The notes: generated by a model from the letters alone, not told the origin. Counted from the whole stretch's first letter, positions 40,687-53,285 are shown. The stretch: DNA of 63,778 nt, filler included, from Reticulomyxa filosa (GCA_000512085.1; 27 parts of 27 records of this genome joined end to end with filler, not necessarily neighbours in it), one strand, 5' to 3'. Program-made: numbers and translations.

Positions 40687-41676
40687 ATGGCGGTCGGTAT
40701 TGCTCGTTCATGTGCCAAAAATCGATTTCGATTTTCGCTATTGTTATGCCTCGCTTTCATAGGAGGTTTAATATTGGCAATTCTTTCTTTGATGCAAATG
40801 ACCGGTCAAGGAAAGACGTCAAACGGAAAGAAATGGTCAGAACGGTGCAACGAAGAAGAGACATTGCAATTCGTGACTCCTTTTCGAGCGCAGTTGCAAG
40901 ATGGTTCGTATATAAGCTGCCCTTGGCCAATGATGGATACGATATTTCGCACCACGCTGAGTTTTTCCGTCCCTGTGTTAGTAGTGACATTGCTGGTGAC
41001 ATTGCGAAAGCTATACTGGACAGCATCATGGATTTTGTGTCGTTACGCAATGTTAGTGTGCAGTGGCAGTGCATTTGCAGTATTTGTCTTGGACTGCGAG
41101 CACCTGCGAACAGGATTTACACTTTGTAATAAAAATTTCAAAATTGATGGTACCCAAGTTACGTTTCAAACAAAAAAAAGGGGGGAGATGATAAAATGCA
41201 TAGTACGCATAGTTGGAACATTGGAATGTACCATATTGTGCATATATGCATATGTATATGTATATATGTGTATGTATGCATAGATAATCCAAACCAATTC
41301 GAAAATCGAAAAATGTTGGCTGACACCACATATATGGACGATATTCGTGGACATAATATTGTTCTTTTTGCTGACGTGGACATATCTGACGATGCAGTTT
41401 TATCCTTACTTTGGGGTGACAAGTGACTACAAGAGTAAAAAAGATTTGGAGAGGGTGCCGGATCATGAACCACATGATGATAAGACACAGGCACAAAAGA
41501 CACGCAGCAAAAGCTCCTTCAATGGTGCCCCAATCAAATCCTCTGAGGATGAAGAAGAGGAGGACAAAAATGTTGATAAAACTTTGCTTACTGCCCAAGG
41601 CGGACAACAAAGCGATGAGACCGAACCTGAACATTGGAAATTCTCCAATGCACAGCCAGGAGCATATGATCATTGA
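40687..41676 (+). CDS. Four-TM membrane protein with Cys-containing loops, 2 exons
   Basis: Exon 1 to ~41157 (3 TM); exon 2 from ~41284 (KCWLTPHIWTIFVDIILFFLLTW...) with a charged tail. Confidence 0.7.
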
Positions 41677-42487
41677 ACATGCTTCTACTTGCATAATATA
41701 ATAATATCCGTAATTTTAAAATACATTTATATACGTTACTATCATCACTAAGGGAAAAAAGGTTCAACTAAAAATCTTTAGATGATAAACACCAACCATT
41801 TTGTTTTCAAACAGTTTTACAATTATTCAAAGAGTATAGAGATTGTGTTATATTTATCTATCTATTTTGGTTTATTTTAACTTATACAAAGTGTATCGTA
41901 CAGCCCACTTAAGGTACCAATACTATGCTGAGCGAAGCACTCAGCATCTGGATCCTCTTTTTTTGCTTTACACTCAAAGGTATCTGCTTTACTGTAGTCA
42001 GGGCAATACAACACATAAATGCGTAGCATAGTCATATTTTTTCTATATTACTTTTTTTCAAAAGATTCCGAACAGCGTGCAGACAAGCCTACATACTGAC
42101 GAAGTTCTTTTCTCGAAAACTTTCTTCAATTTTTCTTTTTTTTCTGTTCTTTTTTGATTATTTTTGTTGATATTGAAATTTGCTCAAAAGAGCAAAGATA
42201 TTAGTATCACACATTTCTGCTACAACACTTCCAACTGAAAAGTACACTCAACCGGAGAGGATGCTAGTTGAAGAAAAGAATGAATTAATATCAAATAAGA
42301 TTTACTAAGCTCTTGTTTGCCGAAAAAGAGTTTTTATTAATGTTAAATTTATATGAAACTACAATAACCTGACATCCCTCATTGAGTAAAAATAATTACG
42401 AAGTCGAAACTTCGAACATGCAATTTGTTAAAGAAAATCTGAATGGCCACATCAGAAAAATAAAAAATTAGAAATAAGTATACAACT

Positions 42488-42615
42488 TTGGGACATCTGC
42501 TGTTGATAAGAGATTACACTAAATGTAATACGAAAAGTTTTACTCAAAAAGAGATATGTTTTCGATAAAACAAAAGTAAATGAAAGATGAACAACACAAT
42601 AAAAGATTACAAAAA
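42488..42615. mobile_element. Truncated copy of the same LTR family
   Basis: ACTAAATGTAATACGAAA, TTACTC, AAAGTAAA and CAACACAATAAA blocks are colinear with the other copies. Confidence 0.55.
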
Positions 42616-42775
42616 AAGAATTAATGATACAATAGTCCAAATGAAAAAAATACAATTAACAGACAGTAAGTTGTTGAAAAATGAGTTGACAAGGTGTCAA
42701 AACAACTTAGGGAAAAAAGCTTCCAAATTCTGTTGTGACTGTTGACAATACAACAAGTCAAAAGAAAAAGCATCA

Positions 42776-45700
42776 ATGAGCACTCATCATGATTCCAGTA
42801 GTGATAATGCGCCAAAGCATGCTAATGTAAGTTCCTTTGAATATCGGAATCAGTTGTTCTTAGCCTCGGAATACGTGCGTTCGCAACTTGGAAGTGCGTC
42901 TATTGCCATAGTATTGGGAAGTGGACTGGGAGGATTTGAAGACCAGTTACAAAATAGGAAAGAGTTGCCTTACGAGCAAATTCCATATTTGCCATTGCCA
43001 ACGGTGAAAGGGCATAGTGGCAAGATTATCATTGGAGACGTTGTGTCAAAGGATGGCAAAAAATCGCGTCGAATCTTGTGTTTTTCAGGAAGGTCACACG
43101 CGTATGAAGTTTTGAACCAATTTGCCTTTGTTTTCTTCCTTTTCTCAGTTTTCTGTCTTTTTTATCCCATTGCGATTTTTTTTAAAAAAGGGTTGTCCGA
43201 TGCATCAAGTGGTATTTTGCACGAGATTGGCATACTTGGTCGGATGCCACACGTTGATATTAACGAACAGCAGTGGAGGATGTATCCCGCATCAAAGGCC
43301 AGGGAGCGTGGTGATAGTAACGGATTACATTCGTAATGTGCAGTACAAAGTGTTACAGCATTCTGCAAGCGATGGGACTTTGGAGTACGACATCCCCGAG
43401 GAGATCGGTTGTTGGACCCCACGCTTATCTCTTTGATGGGCAAAGTGGCCGAAGAGGTGAAATTCCCTTACTACTTTGGAAACTACTTCTGGAGCCCTGG
43501 TCCTGTTTATGAGTCAGCCGCACAAGTACGGTTCGCTATGGCGTGTGGCGCAGCTGCCGTTGGTACAACAAATATGAATACATACACAAACCATACAAAA
43601 AAACATTAAGAAAGAAAAAATGAATAAATAAATAAAAATAAATTTATTTATTTATTTTTATTTATTCATTCATTTTTTCTTTCTTAATGTTAATGCATAC
43701 GTACATAAGCTAACACTTAGTTAGTTAATTATTAAAAAAAGTGAATGAGATGTACATACATCTACAAATGTAATATATTTGCGACGGTACACCCCAAATT
43801 GTTTGTGTGTGTGATGTAAATGAAACCAATAACAAAGGGATGTCAACAGTGCCAGAGATCTTGGCGTCGGCCAATCTTGGCATGCGCACAGCGGCCTTGG
43901 CATTGTGCACGAATGTGGCAGCAGGCTTAGCAGACGAAGAGTTGAGCCACGAAGTGGTGGTAGCGAATGCCAAGTTGGTGTCGAAGGCGTTTGGCCAGTT
44001 TGTGTCAGAAAGCTTGTTGCGTATTGAAGACCCCAAAGAAGACTTTGTCCATCCCTTGCGTCGATCGTGGCACAATGTTCTTACCAAAGAGTTTGTGCAA
44101 ATGGCACCCTTACTCCATTCCTCTAAATTCAAAAAGAAAAGAGCTCATAAATACTTTTATCCAGTTCGTGTTTGATCTACTTTGTCTGTTATTTGTTTGT
44201 TGCTATTGTGTATTGTAGCAATGTTTGAAATAAACACGTACATTGCATTTCTTTGTGTTGGAATATATATATATACCCAGTTGAGTCATGATTTAATGGA
44301 CTGGTCTGGCGAAGTGTATATACGACACAATTTGCTCGTATACCGCGACTTGTTTAAAGACATTGAATACCTTGGCCTGCTGACGAAACAGCTGTTGAAC
44401 ACGTCTGAGTTGACCAACCGCAATGGCCCAATCCCAATCTGGACCATCCACGAACCTTTCCGATTTGACGTCGGAAAATGGTTCGACTGTCCGTTGTCTT
44501 TCCCCTTACTGAAACTTCCAGGTTTCGGAACCATTGCCTCCAGCACCAGCTCAAAGCGTGCTGCTTTGACCTTTGGACTTTATCAAGATGCTTTAGTCAT
44601 TTTGTTGACTGATTTGCATGTTATTATTATATCTTTTTATTCATTTATTTGTTTATATATATCCTTTTTTTTTAATCCAGTTACAATGTGGTTGTGTCAC
44701 AGTTGGATGGGCTAAGCTTCGACGAATACAATTATTTAATCAATTTATTGCATGGTGTGATTGGACACCAAAATTTGCACTTTTTGAACTTATTTATGGC
44801 GTTTAACGCTAGTCACATCTATGACACTGCCGAGTCGGCGAAAAAAGACCAAAAGAAGAGCAAAGAGGAACAAAAGGAAGAAAAACAAGACACGAAAAAG
44901 AAAGTGTCGGCACATGTATTTGCAGCTGTGAATGATTATGTAGACTTTCAGGGAGGCATCCCACGCTTTCCATTTCCTTTGTTCCCACCCAAAGGCACCA
45001 GCGGCGCTGATCATGAAGAGAAAAAAGACTCAAAGACACCAGAGTTGCATTTCTCTTTTGCCTTAGGAGCTAGTGAGTCCAAAACATCATCCAATTTGGC
45101 CAGTTTTATTCTCTTCTTGCTGACATCGTTGAGAGTCTATCTATGTTTCATCTTTTTTTTCCCCCTCTTTCTTCGTTTTCATTTTTCATATTTGTGTGTT
45201 TGGATTTGCGATAAATCAAATGCAATATCATCGAAATGAAAAGAACGGAGGCAAGGCAGATGCTGTTGGATATGCCTGGTGGGCAGGCCCTCAATTGCCA
45301 TCCAAGACCGAAGTGGCGATCAGTGAGAAGGCATTTTGTGAACTGATAGGAGTGACCAATCCCGAGTTGCCAACATTGGCCCGACAGCTTGGACATCACG
45401 GCTACAACATTGCATTTATTGCGGATAGCGAGGACTTGGAACATATTTCCTCTGTCGAAATGATGCAAGAGTCTTCACATGACCTTTACGACGCTTCTTT
45501 GTTCGTCAATCAACTGTCCCTCAGCATCGTGGAAAAGTTTGCCACCACGAAAAATGATTCTTCTATTGTCAAATCTCAAGACTTGCAAGTTCTCAAAGAT
45601 TTGACCTTCCCGTCTAATATCCCAGCCTATCAAGTTTATGCAAGATTATATTTTATTTTCGATCATATACATATACATGTATATATATGTATATATTGTG

Positions 45701-46975
45701 TACATATGTGTACAATGCATCTTTTTTTTTTTGATTCATGACCATAGACAATATTTGAGGTGGACGCGGAATGGGAGGCTATCAGTCATGCTTCCGAGTG
45801 GATCCGGAAACAGTGGGACTTTGATGACAAATCCAAAAAGATTGAGAGTGTGTTGGTGTCACACTTTGCGCATCCGTTCTTGTACCACAAAGAAAACAAC
45901 AGCACTGAAGAGTTGTCAATCAATATGGCGCAAATTCCTGGGTTTTTGGATCACCGTTGTGGTGGTGTTGCGTACACATATTTCCATTATCACAACGACA
46001 ACCCATTGGAGTGGACGCTCAAATTCTATAAAAACCATCAAGATACAAGCAAATACTATGCTGTCATTGCTCCTTATTGGCTTGTGAAACATGATCAAGA
46101 CGCCTTGAAACAGTTTGGGCTTCTTTTTCTCTTATCCCTGTTTTATGTGTTTGTATGGGTATATGGAATGTCTACGAAGGGTACGCATATTCGATAAATT
46201 TTTTTATAAAAAAAAAGTCAATTATATGGTAAAGACTTTGCATCAACAACAAAGAAGGCAAATTCTTATGACCAGGCGCTGCACAACTTTTACAAGTATG
46301 CACCATCGTTATGGAACTTACACTTTTTCATCCGAGTCCTGTGGAAATGTGGAATCCGAAATGTGGTGTTTTTAGCCCAATTGTTTGGAACTGACAATGA
46401 AAAATTCAAATTGCCATCTGAAAATGGAGTAGTTTTGGTTTCCAATTATGTCGATGTTTCCCGCTGGAATTCTTTGACTGGTCCAAATGATGACCGCATG
46501 GGTCCGAGATTCGTCCCAATCACAGAACCTATGGATGGAAACAATGCGTTAAGTGAAATTGCCAAACGAAAGAAATTCGGATCAATTACGTTGCCACAAG
46601 TTGAAGTCGTCCAAACTCCATCTCAAGGCATAATCTCTCCGTTGACCAAAAAATTTCATGCATCTTTGGGACTTCAAGTTACTGTTTGCATTTTGATTTT
46701 TATGTGATGTGGATTCAGCTTAATTTGTTCGAAATTTCTTGTTTATTAAAAAAATCATTGCGACGAATGCACGCTCTATGTGCTTGGTGCTTTTGTGAAA
46801 ATAGACCGTTGTCAGTGGTTTAGTCCCGTCCATCGAAATTGCTCAACACGTTGGGTTGAAAAAAGCTATTATTGGTGTTGTTGACCACCAGCCACTTGCA
46901 CCTCTTGCTCTTGTGAAGTCCTTTGAGAACGTTTTGCAAATTATTGAAACTTCTTTTGCAGAATTCACCAAATGA
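42776..46975 (+). CDS. PNP: Triple-domain purine nucleoside phosphorylase (one intact + two degenerate PNP domains), 9 exons, ~1,060 aa
   Basis: Exons 42776-43108, 43191-43562, 43838-44163, 44281-44619, 44703-45134, 45244-45633, 45748-46112, 46218-46677 and 46805-46975 are all GT-AG and phase-compatible. One base is missing at the G-run 43374-43376. Domain 1 has GSGLG, GH, GRSHAYEG, TNSSGG, GPVYES, GMSTVPE and TNVAAG. Confidence 0.85.
43602..43691. repeat. Near-perfect inverted repeat (~42-bp arms) in PNP intron 2
   Basis: AACATTAAGAAAGAAAAAATGAAT... pairs with ...ATTCATTTTTTCTTTCTTAATGTT, one mismatch. Confidence 0.85.
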
Positions 46976-48126
46976 GATGCAAAGGACAATATATGATAAA
47001 ACAAAATACAACATTTGTTGATTTGTTTATAAATTTACGACATTTAAAATGACGTTTGTGAATTAGTACTTTTTTTACAAATGATTTTTTCGGTGGCATC
47101 TTCGTACATTATATTAGTAAAAAGATCAGTAGTTATTTTTTTTTCTTGTTCATACTTTTAAAAATAAACGCAGTCATAAAATATTTAATTATGTTATACG
47201 TGAAAAATAAAAGGTATTTAGAATATAATAGAAATCCAATAGATACTAATTTTCACTTGCAAGAATTCATATTGTTATTATTTCGTTGTCTATACGAATG
47301 CAAGATGAATACGATAAATATGAATACGTGTACACATATTTTTTAAATACTTTTTTATTTAGTTGGCCTAAAATGAAAAGAACATTTTGTGTGTCAATAT
47401 GGCAGACAAAATACACATCATTAAAGTAATAATATATATTTCTTTTTCAAATCATTGATATTTTTTTTTATTAAGAAAATTTATAATGTTTGTTTGTAGA
47501 TGTTTTTTAGCATTTAAGTGTTTTTTTTTTCATTTATGGTGACGTCAATATGTCACCAAGAAACAACGACATATTTAAGTTATATTTACTTCTATTTTCA
47601 TTATTTATTTTTTACTTGATACTATTCATTTGTGTCAACGAAGAAAGCAAAGATAGCAATAACAAAATAAAAAACCTTTTTGAATTAGATTCATGTAATC
47701 TTTTTTAGAAGAATGTTTTCCTGATTTTACATAAAAGGAAACAAGTTATTATTGCAAGTTGCTCAAACAATCATATAGTCAGGATTTATTACTAGTATAA
47801 GTAAAGGTAGTATTGATTATATATGTTTGAAATATTATTTGAAGATATATAAGATATATTATAATATATAAAAATATGCATACAGTATGTTGCAAAGAAA
47901 ACTGAACGCCTAAAACATATCTTATGATGATAATTGATTTTATCAATGAAAAATCAACATTTATACCTAATTTTTTTTTTATAAGTCTTGTAGTTTTTAA
48001 ATATGATATTGATTTTTAATAACTTTNNNNNNNNNNNNNNNNNNNNNNNNNNNNNNNNNNNNNNNNNNNNTTAATTAATTAANNNNNNNNNNNNNNNNNN
48101 NNNNNNNNNNNNNNNNNNNNNNNNNN

Positions 48127-48161
<35 letters not shown>

Positions 48162-48165
48162 GATG

Positions 48166-48462
48166 AAAACTCGTTGGCTGTTTGGAGGGTAGAAGTGTGG
48201 GCTTTTTTGTTGGTAGACCAGTTGGACGAAAGGTAGGAGGAGTACTTGGAGAGCGTGTTGGTGGTGTGGTAGGCTGGGTTGGGAACTTGGTCGGCTGGTG
48301 TGTTGGAGGTGTCGTTGGACGTTTTGTGGGCTTGCTTGTGGGCGAATATGTGGGTGACTTTGTTGGATGGTACGTTGGGGCGGACGTTGGGTGTTTGGCT
48401 AAATGTTGTCGTTCATTTGTAACAAACAATTTAAACAAGTTTATATACATATATATATATAA

Positions 48463-48494
<32 letters not shown>

Positions 48495-48926
48495 GTATAT
48501 AAATACATTCAATAAAAGAAAATAAAAACATAACAAGGCACTTCGGATGGAGAAGATGTCGGACTGGATGTTGGATATTTCGTAGGATTTTTTGAAGGGG
48601 CTAACAGACAATAGAAATACAATACACCAAAAAAAAAAAAAACCATTACGTATTTGCATGACAATAGGGACTGCGTATATTTACACGGCTGGTCACTAGC
48701 TTGTCAAAGCAGACACAGCTTTACACACAACACGAAATAACACAAAACGTAGCAACATTGTTTTTTGTTACCAGAGGTCGGAGATGGTGTTGGGCTTGAT
48801 GTGTGGGCATGTATTGCGATTTGAGTCATATCAAAGCTTAATAATTCCGCCAATGCTTGTTGAAATATTGACCTTGTGTGGTTAAGTGTCTCATACGTCA
48901 GGTTTGTTTGGATCTCAAATTGAACC
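48166..48926 (-). CDS. Pro/Thr-rich (PTxxPT repeat) mucin-like protein, partial
   Basis: HPTSAPTYHPTKSPTYSPTSKPTKRPTTPPT..., with similar repeats in upstream exons (~48540-48600, ~48775-48900). Confidence 0.7.
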
Positions 48927-49546
48927 GCTTTTTTTTTTTTTTTTTAGTGATTTGAATTGATTTTTTTTTTTGGATTAGATATGCTTTCCAAGAACTTCTT
49001 CAATCATAATATTTTGAAACACCTTTTTTTTGCAAAAACAAAAAAAAAAAACCAACTGGAGTAAACTTGGCCTTCAAAACACCATGCAGTTTTAATCAAC
49101 AACCCAGTAATCAACAATAATGGCAAGGTCTGGCAAATCCATGATGAAACTGAAGAAAACATGTACCTGAGTCAGATCTATTATCAGAATTTACTCCTTG
49201 ATTTCTCTAACGATCTCTAATGCCCCTTTTTTAAAACGGAACCAGTCTCTTTCATAAAAACTCGTTTAATCAAATTAAAAAAAGGTTGACAAATTCCATA
49301 AGCATTGATAAATACAGCTGTCAACGTTTTTAAATGAATAAAATTAATAAGCGGTAAATACCGAACATAAAATTATATTGCTTGAAAATATTGATTTTGA
49401 TTAAATGTTGATTTTCACAAATATCAACATTAAAAATATATTGTGCAAGTACAATAATAGTATTTAAAGAGATTTTATTTCTTATTGAATTCAGACATGT
49501 ACATTAAAAAGGTATTTTGTAAATGACAAAGAATGAAAAAGCGTAA

Positions 49547-49927
49547 TTAAAATTTTTGGCTTTGATGTTCAATTGGTAGTTCCCAAATTGGATGGGTCAT
49601 TCCACACTTTTGAAAAATTTGAAATGCCTCAGGTAAAGTCCATTTTTTCCAATCAGGATCCAAATGTTTGCCATACCATACTTTGGCAAGATTGTAGATG
49701 TCTTCAACTTTTACAAAATGTCCAGTGGTCGAATCATATCCATGTCTTACACACCATTGTGATTTCTGCTCTTCATTTTCAAATACAACACTCGTGCCAC
49801 AAAAGTGATGAACATTGTCCCAAGCTTTTTTTATTGGAATTGCAAAGTGTCCATACAATTGAGTGGATCCACTTTATGTGTATGTGCATGTTCGAATACT
49901 TTCTCCAGACAGTTTTTTTTTTCAATG

Positions 49928-49962
<35 letters not shown>

Positions 49963-50042
49963 TACTTTTGTTTATTGATACAAACCTAGTATTTCGAATA
50001 ATTTTGTCATCTTTCACAAATATTTTTACTTGTTTCAATTTT
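49547..50042 (-). CDS. Alkylmercury lyase (MerB)-like family protein, C-terminal part, intron-containing
   Basis: HFAIPIKKAWDNVHHFCGTSVVFENEE...WCVRHG...LAKVWYGKHLDPDWKKWTLPEAFQIFQKCGMTHPIWEL resembles bacterial MerB-like proteins. GT-AG intron at 49872-49985. Confidence 0.7.
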
Positions 50043-50142
50043 NNNNNNNNNNNNNNNNNNNNNNNNNNNNNNNNNNNNNNNNNNNNTTAATTAATTAANN
50101 NNNNNNNNNNNNNNNNNNNNNNNNNNNNNNNNNNNNNNNNNN

Positions 50143-50793
50143 TAATTGATCTATTGAATCTATATCTAATTTACCAAATAGTTCTTCTGTATCACTTAAT
50201 GAATGTTTTAATAATTCATTTTTAATATCTAATTTTCCTAATAATGTTGTAGCGTCGTCCAATAATTTTAATTCTTCATTTACATTTAATTGAAGTTCTG
50301 ATTTTTGTGATTGTAAAGAATCAATACATAATTTACTTAATAGTTCCTATTTATCATTTAATTTTTCTTTTGGTGATGATGATTTTGGTGATAATGATTT
50401 TGGTGATGATTGTTTTATTGATGAAGATTTTGGTGATAATGATTTTGGTGATGATGATTTTGTTGGAATAAGAACTTCTTTTGATTGTTGAAGTTCTTTA
50501 AAATCATCAAATAATTCTTTTTGAGAATCTTCTTTAGATTCTACTATTATTTCTTCTTTAGATTCTAAAGAATCTTCTACATATTCTTCTACAGATTCTT
50601 CTAAAGAATCTTCTACAGATTCTTCAGAAGTAACTAAATCAATTTTTCTTGGAGCACATAGAGGACGTCTAACAGTACCTCGTCCTCTTGTTGCTATTTT
50701 TTTTTTTAAAATAAATTTTTTTCTTAAATAAAACATTAAGTAATTGTACTTACTAGTATTTCTCACAGGTGCGCTTAATCTTCTGAAATGCAT
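50143..50793 (-). CDS. Low-complexity protein (acidic SxEE and SSSPK repeats, then coiled-coil), with an in-frame TAG at 50347-50349
   Basis: GTAAGT-AG intron ~50695-50753. After the TAG the same frame stays open for 68 codons to the contig edge. Confidence 0.55.
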
Positions 50794-51454
50794 TTTGTTT
50801 ATTTTTTTTTTATTTTAAAAGATAAAGAAGATGATGACGATGATGATGAACTTAAAACTTTTTTTTTTTGAAAAACGAAAAATGCCCCTTGATTCTGTCA
50901 AATGTGAAGATGAAAAAATTAACATTAATTAATGTTTATTAATAATTTTATTATTTAATGTAGAAGGATTCTGAATTTGAATTAATTATGTAATTATCAA
51001 CAATTATCTTTTATTTTATTTGTGTTATGTTCAAAGTTAAGATTTTATAAATTAAAACTTAGAAATTGTAAATTAAATTTTGAGATTGATAAACAAATGT
51101 TTTATTTCAATTTTGTATCAAACAATTTATTTTTTAAAAACGTCTTTCATTCAGCATAATTATCTGCTTCAAGTGATCTAAACACTCAAAAAAAAACCAT
51201 ATGATCAAAGACCAGTATTAAAAACTGGATCATCATAAACACATACCACACAAAAAGTGCATGTGTAGTTTAAAAAAAAAAAAGAATCAAATAAATGAAT
51301 ATATTGGAAATTCTTGTAAGAGAGTTGACGTTGACTAATTTTATAATTTAAACANNNNNNNNNNNNNNNNNNNNNNNNNNNNNNNNNNNNNNNNNNNNTT
51401 AATTAATTAANNNNNNNNNNNNNNNNNNNNNNNNNNNNNNNNNNNNNNNNNNNN

Positions 51455-51486
<32 letters not shown>

Positions 51487-52191
51487 GAGGAAAATAAACT
51501 GTCCGAGTTTTTATCTTCTTTTTTGTTTTCATCAGCAGACATAGAATTATTGTTGGCCATGTCAGAATGCTTTTCTATATCTTCCATTTTTTCTTTGAGG
51601 GTGCCAATGGTATTTTTCAGCAAATGGTTTTCTTTGTCCAAAGCACGATACTTGCGTTTCCATTCTTCTAGTTCTTTTTCCTTTTCCTTTTCTTTTTCTT
51701 TTTCTTTTTCTTTTTCTTTTTGCTCTTTCGTGTCTTCTTCTTCTTTTTCTTGCTTTTGTTTCTGTTTCTGTGTTTGTTCCTCTTGCAGACGGAAACTGTC
51801 AGTGGGTTTGGTCGAACCATTTCTCGACGCGAGACTATTGATTCGCTCTTGTGTCGCGGGAATGGCGTGGAGAGGGGCAGAGACCGGCTCGGTGGTGCGC
51901 TTTGACCTTGACGTGGGATCCACGGAAAGCGACCGCGTATCATTACCCGCGGTATCGCGAGTGAACATCGACGACATCGATTGACTGAGTGAGTGTTTCA
52001 GACTGGGAAGAGGACCGCTACTCTTTTGTTGCGCTTTCATCCAATGGCGTTTTAAATTGTCCAAGTTGGACTTCTTCTTGTCATCTTGCAGTTGAGACTG
52101 AGGCTTTGGATTAGGCTGTTGTGAAGGCAGCAACACTGCATCCGAGGACTTGCGTTTATCCGAGAGTGAAATGACTGAATTATTATTATTA

Positions 52192-52244
<53 letters not shown>

Positions 52245-52640
52245 GTAATTGACAGTCAATTGCAACTTGCTAGTTGAGTCGTGCGAGGGAACAGATAAAA
52301 GAACAGATTTGGCCTTTTGTATTCTCTCGGGCACGAACATTTGTGTAGTGCGTGCACTCGATGAAGGCGTGGACATGATGTCGCTCATGACCTTGCTGTC
52401 GCGACCATTTGGACTGGGATCCGTCTGCGGCGCGCCTGCACTTTGCGCAGAGTCCCGCTTCGTCCATAAGCGATCCAACACCTTCTTTCCTTCTTTCTTG
52501 CGCTTGAAGGACATGGCACGTTGCGTTCTCATTGTCTGCGTGTTGTTCACTGTTGGTTCCGTCTCTTCCGTCGCTTGTTTTTTACGTACAAATTGGCGGT
52601 GCTTTAGACGTTTAATGCCCTTCACTACAAATTGTTTTTG
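51455..52640 (-). CDS. Low-complexity/coiled-coil protein exon (poly-N, EK repeats)
   Basis: ~390-codon ORF with no recognisable domain. Confidence 0.7.
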
Positions 52641-52780
52641 ATTTTGGTTTTGGTTTTGATTTTGATTTTGATTTTGATTTNNNNNNNNNNNNNNNNNNNN
52701 NNNNNNNNNNNNNNNNNNNNNNNNTTAATTAATTAANNNNNNNNNNNNNNNNNNNNNNNNNNNNNNNNNNNNNNNNNNNN

Positions 52781-52962
52781 AAATGTAAAACTCTTTACAC
52801 TTGATCTTCTAACAAAAGAGACACCATGTTGACTGCAACTCGTCTATGACTACATGTTTAACTGTATTCTATTGTAGCAACTACTCTTTTTCTTATATAC
52901 TGCCACTATCTTGTCTCTGAAGACTGTGAGTAAAGGACTTTGAGAAAAAGAGTCTTACATTT
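52781..52962. mobile_element. 182-bp element with 16-bp terminal inverted repeats (MITE or solo-LTR-like)
   Basis: AAATGTAAAACTCTTT ... AAAGAGTCTTACATTT (15/16 complementary). The left flank is missing, so the TSD cannot be tested. Confidence 0.55.
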
Positions 52963-53285
52963 GACGTTTGGAAAGTACGCGTAGTTATCAGTTATCATCG
53001 TTGCAGTCTACAAATTGCAATGTGATCATAAAACTTTGTCAAAAAAAAAGAAATACCAAAAAGACAATACCAAAAAACTTTTTCACAAAAAAGTCTATCA
53101 ATAAAAGAACATCAGTTTTGAAAATGTTCTTTGAAATTTTTTTTTTGCCGAAAAATTTAATAGTCAAGAGAAAAATGATATTTTCTGCTTGACAAATCAT
53201 CAATAATATTCGTAAGTTCACATAAAAAAAAGTCTGTTATGGGGGGTCACATTCTACCAAAGTTTAAAAATATATAGTACTCCAG

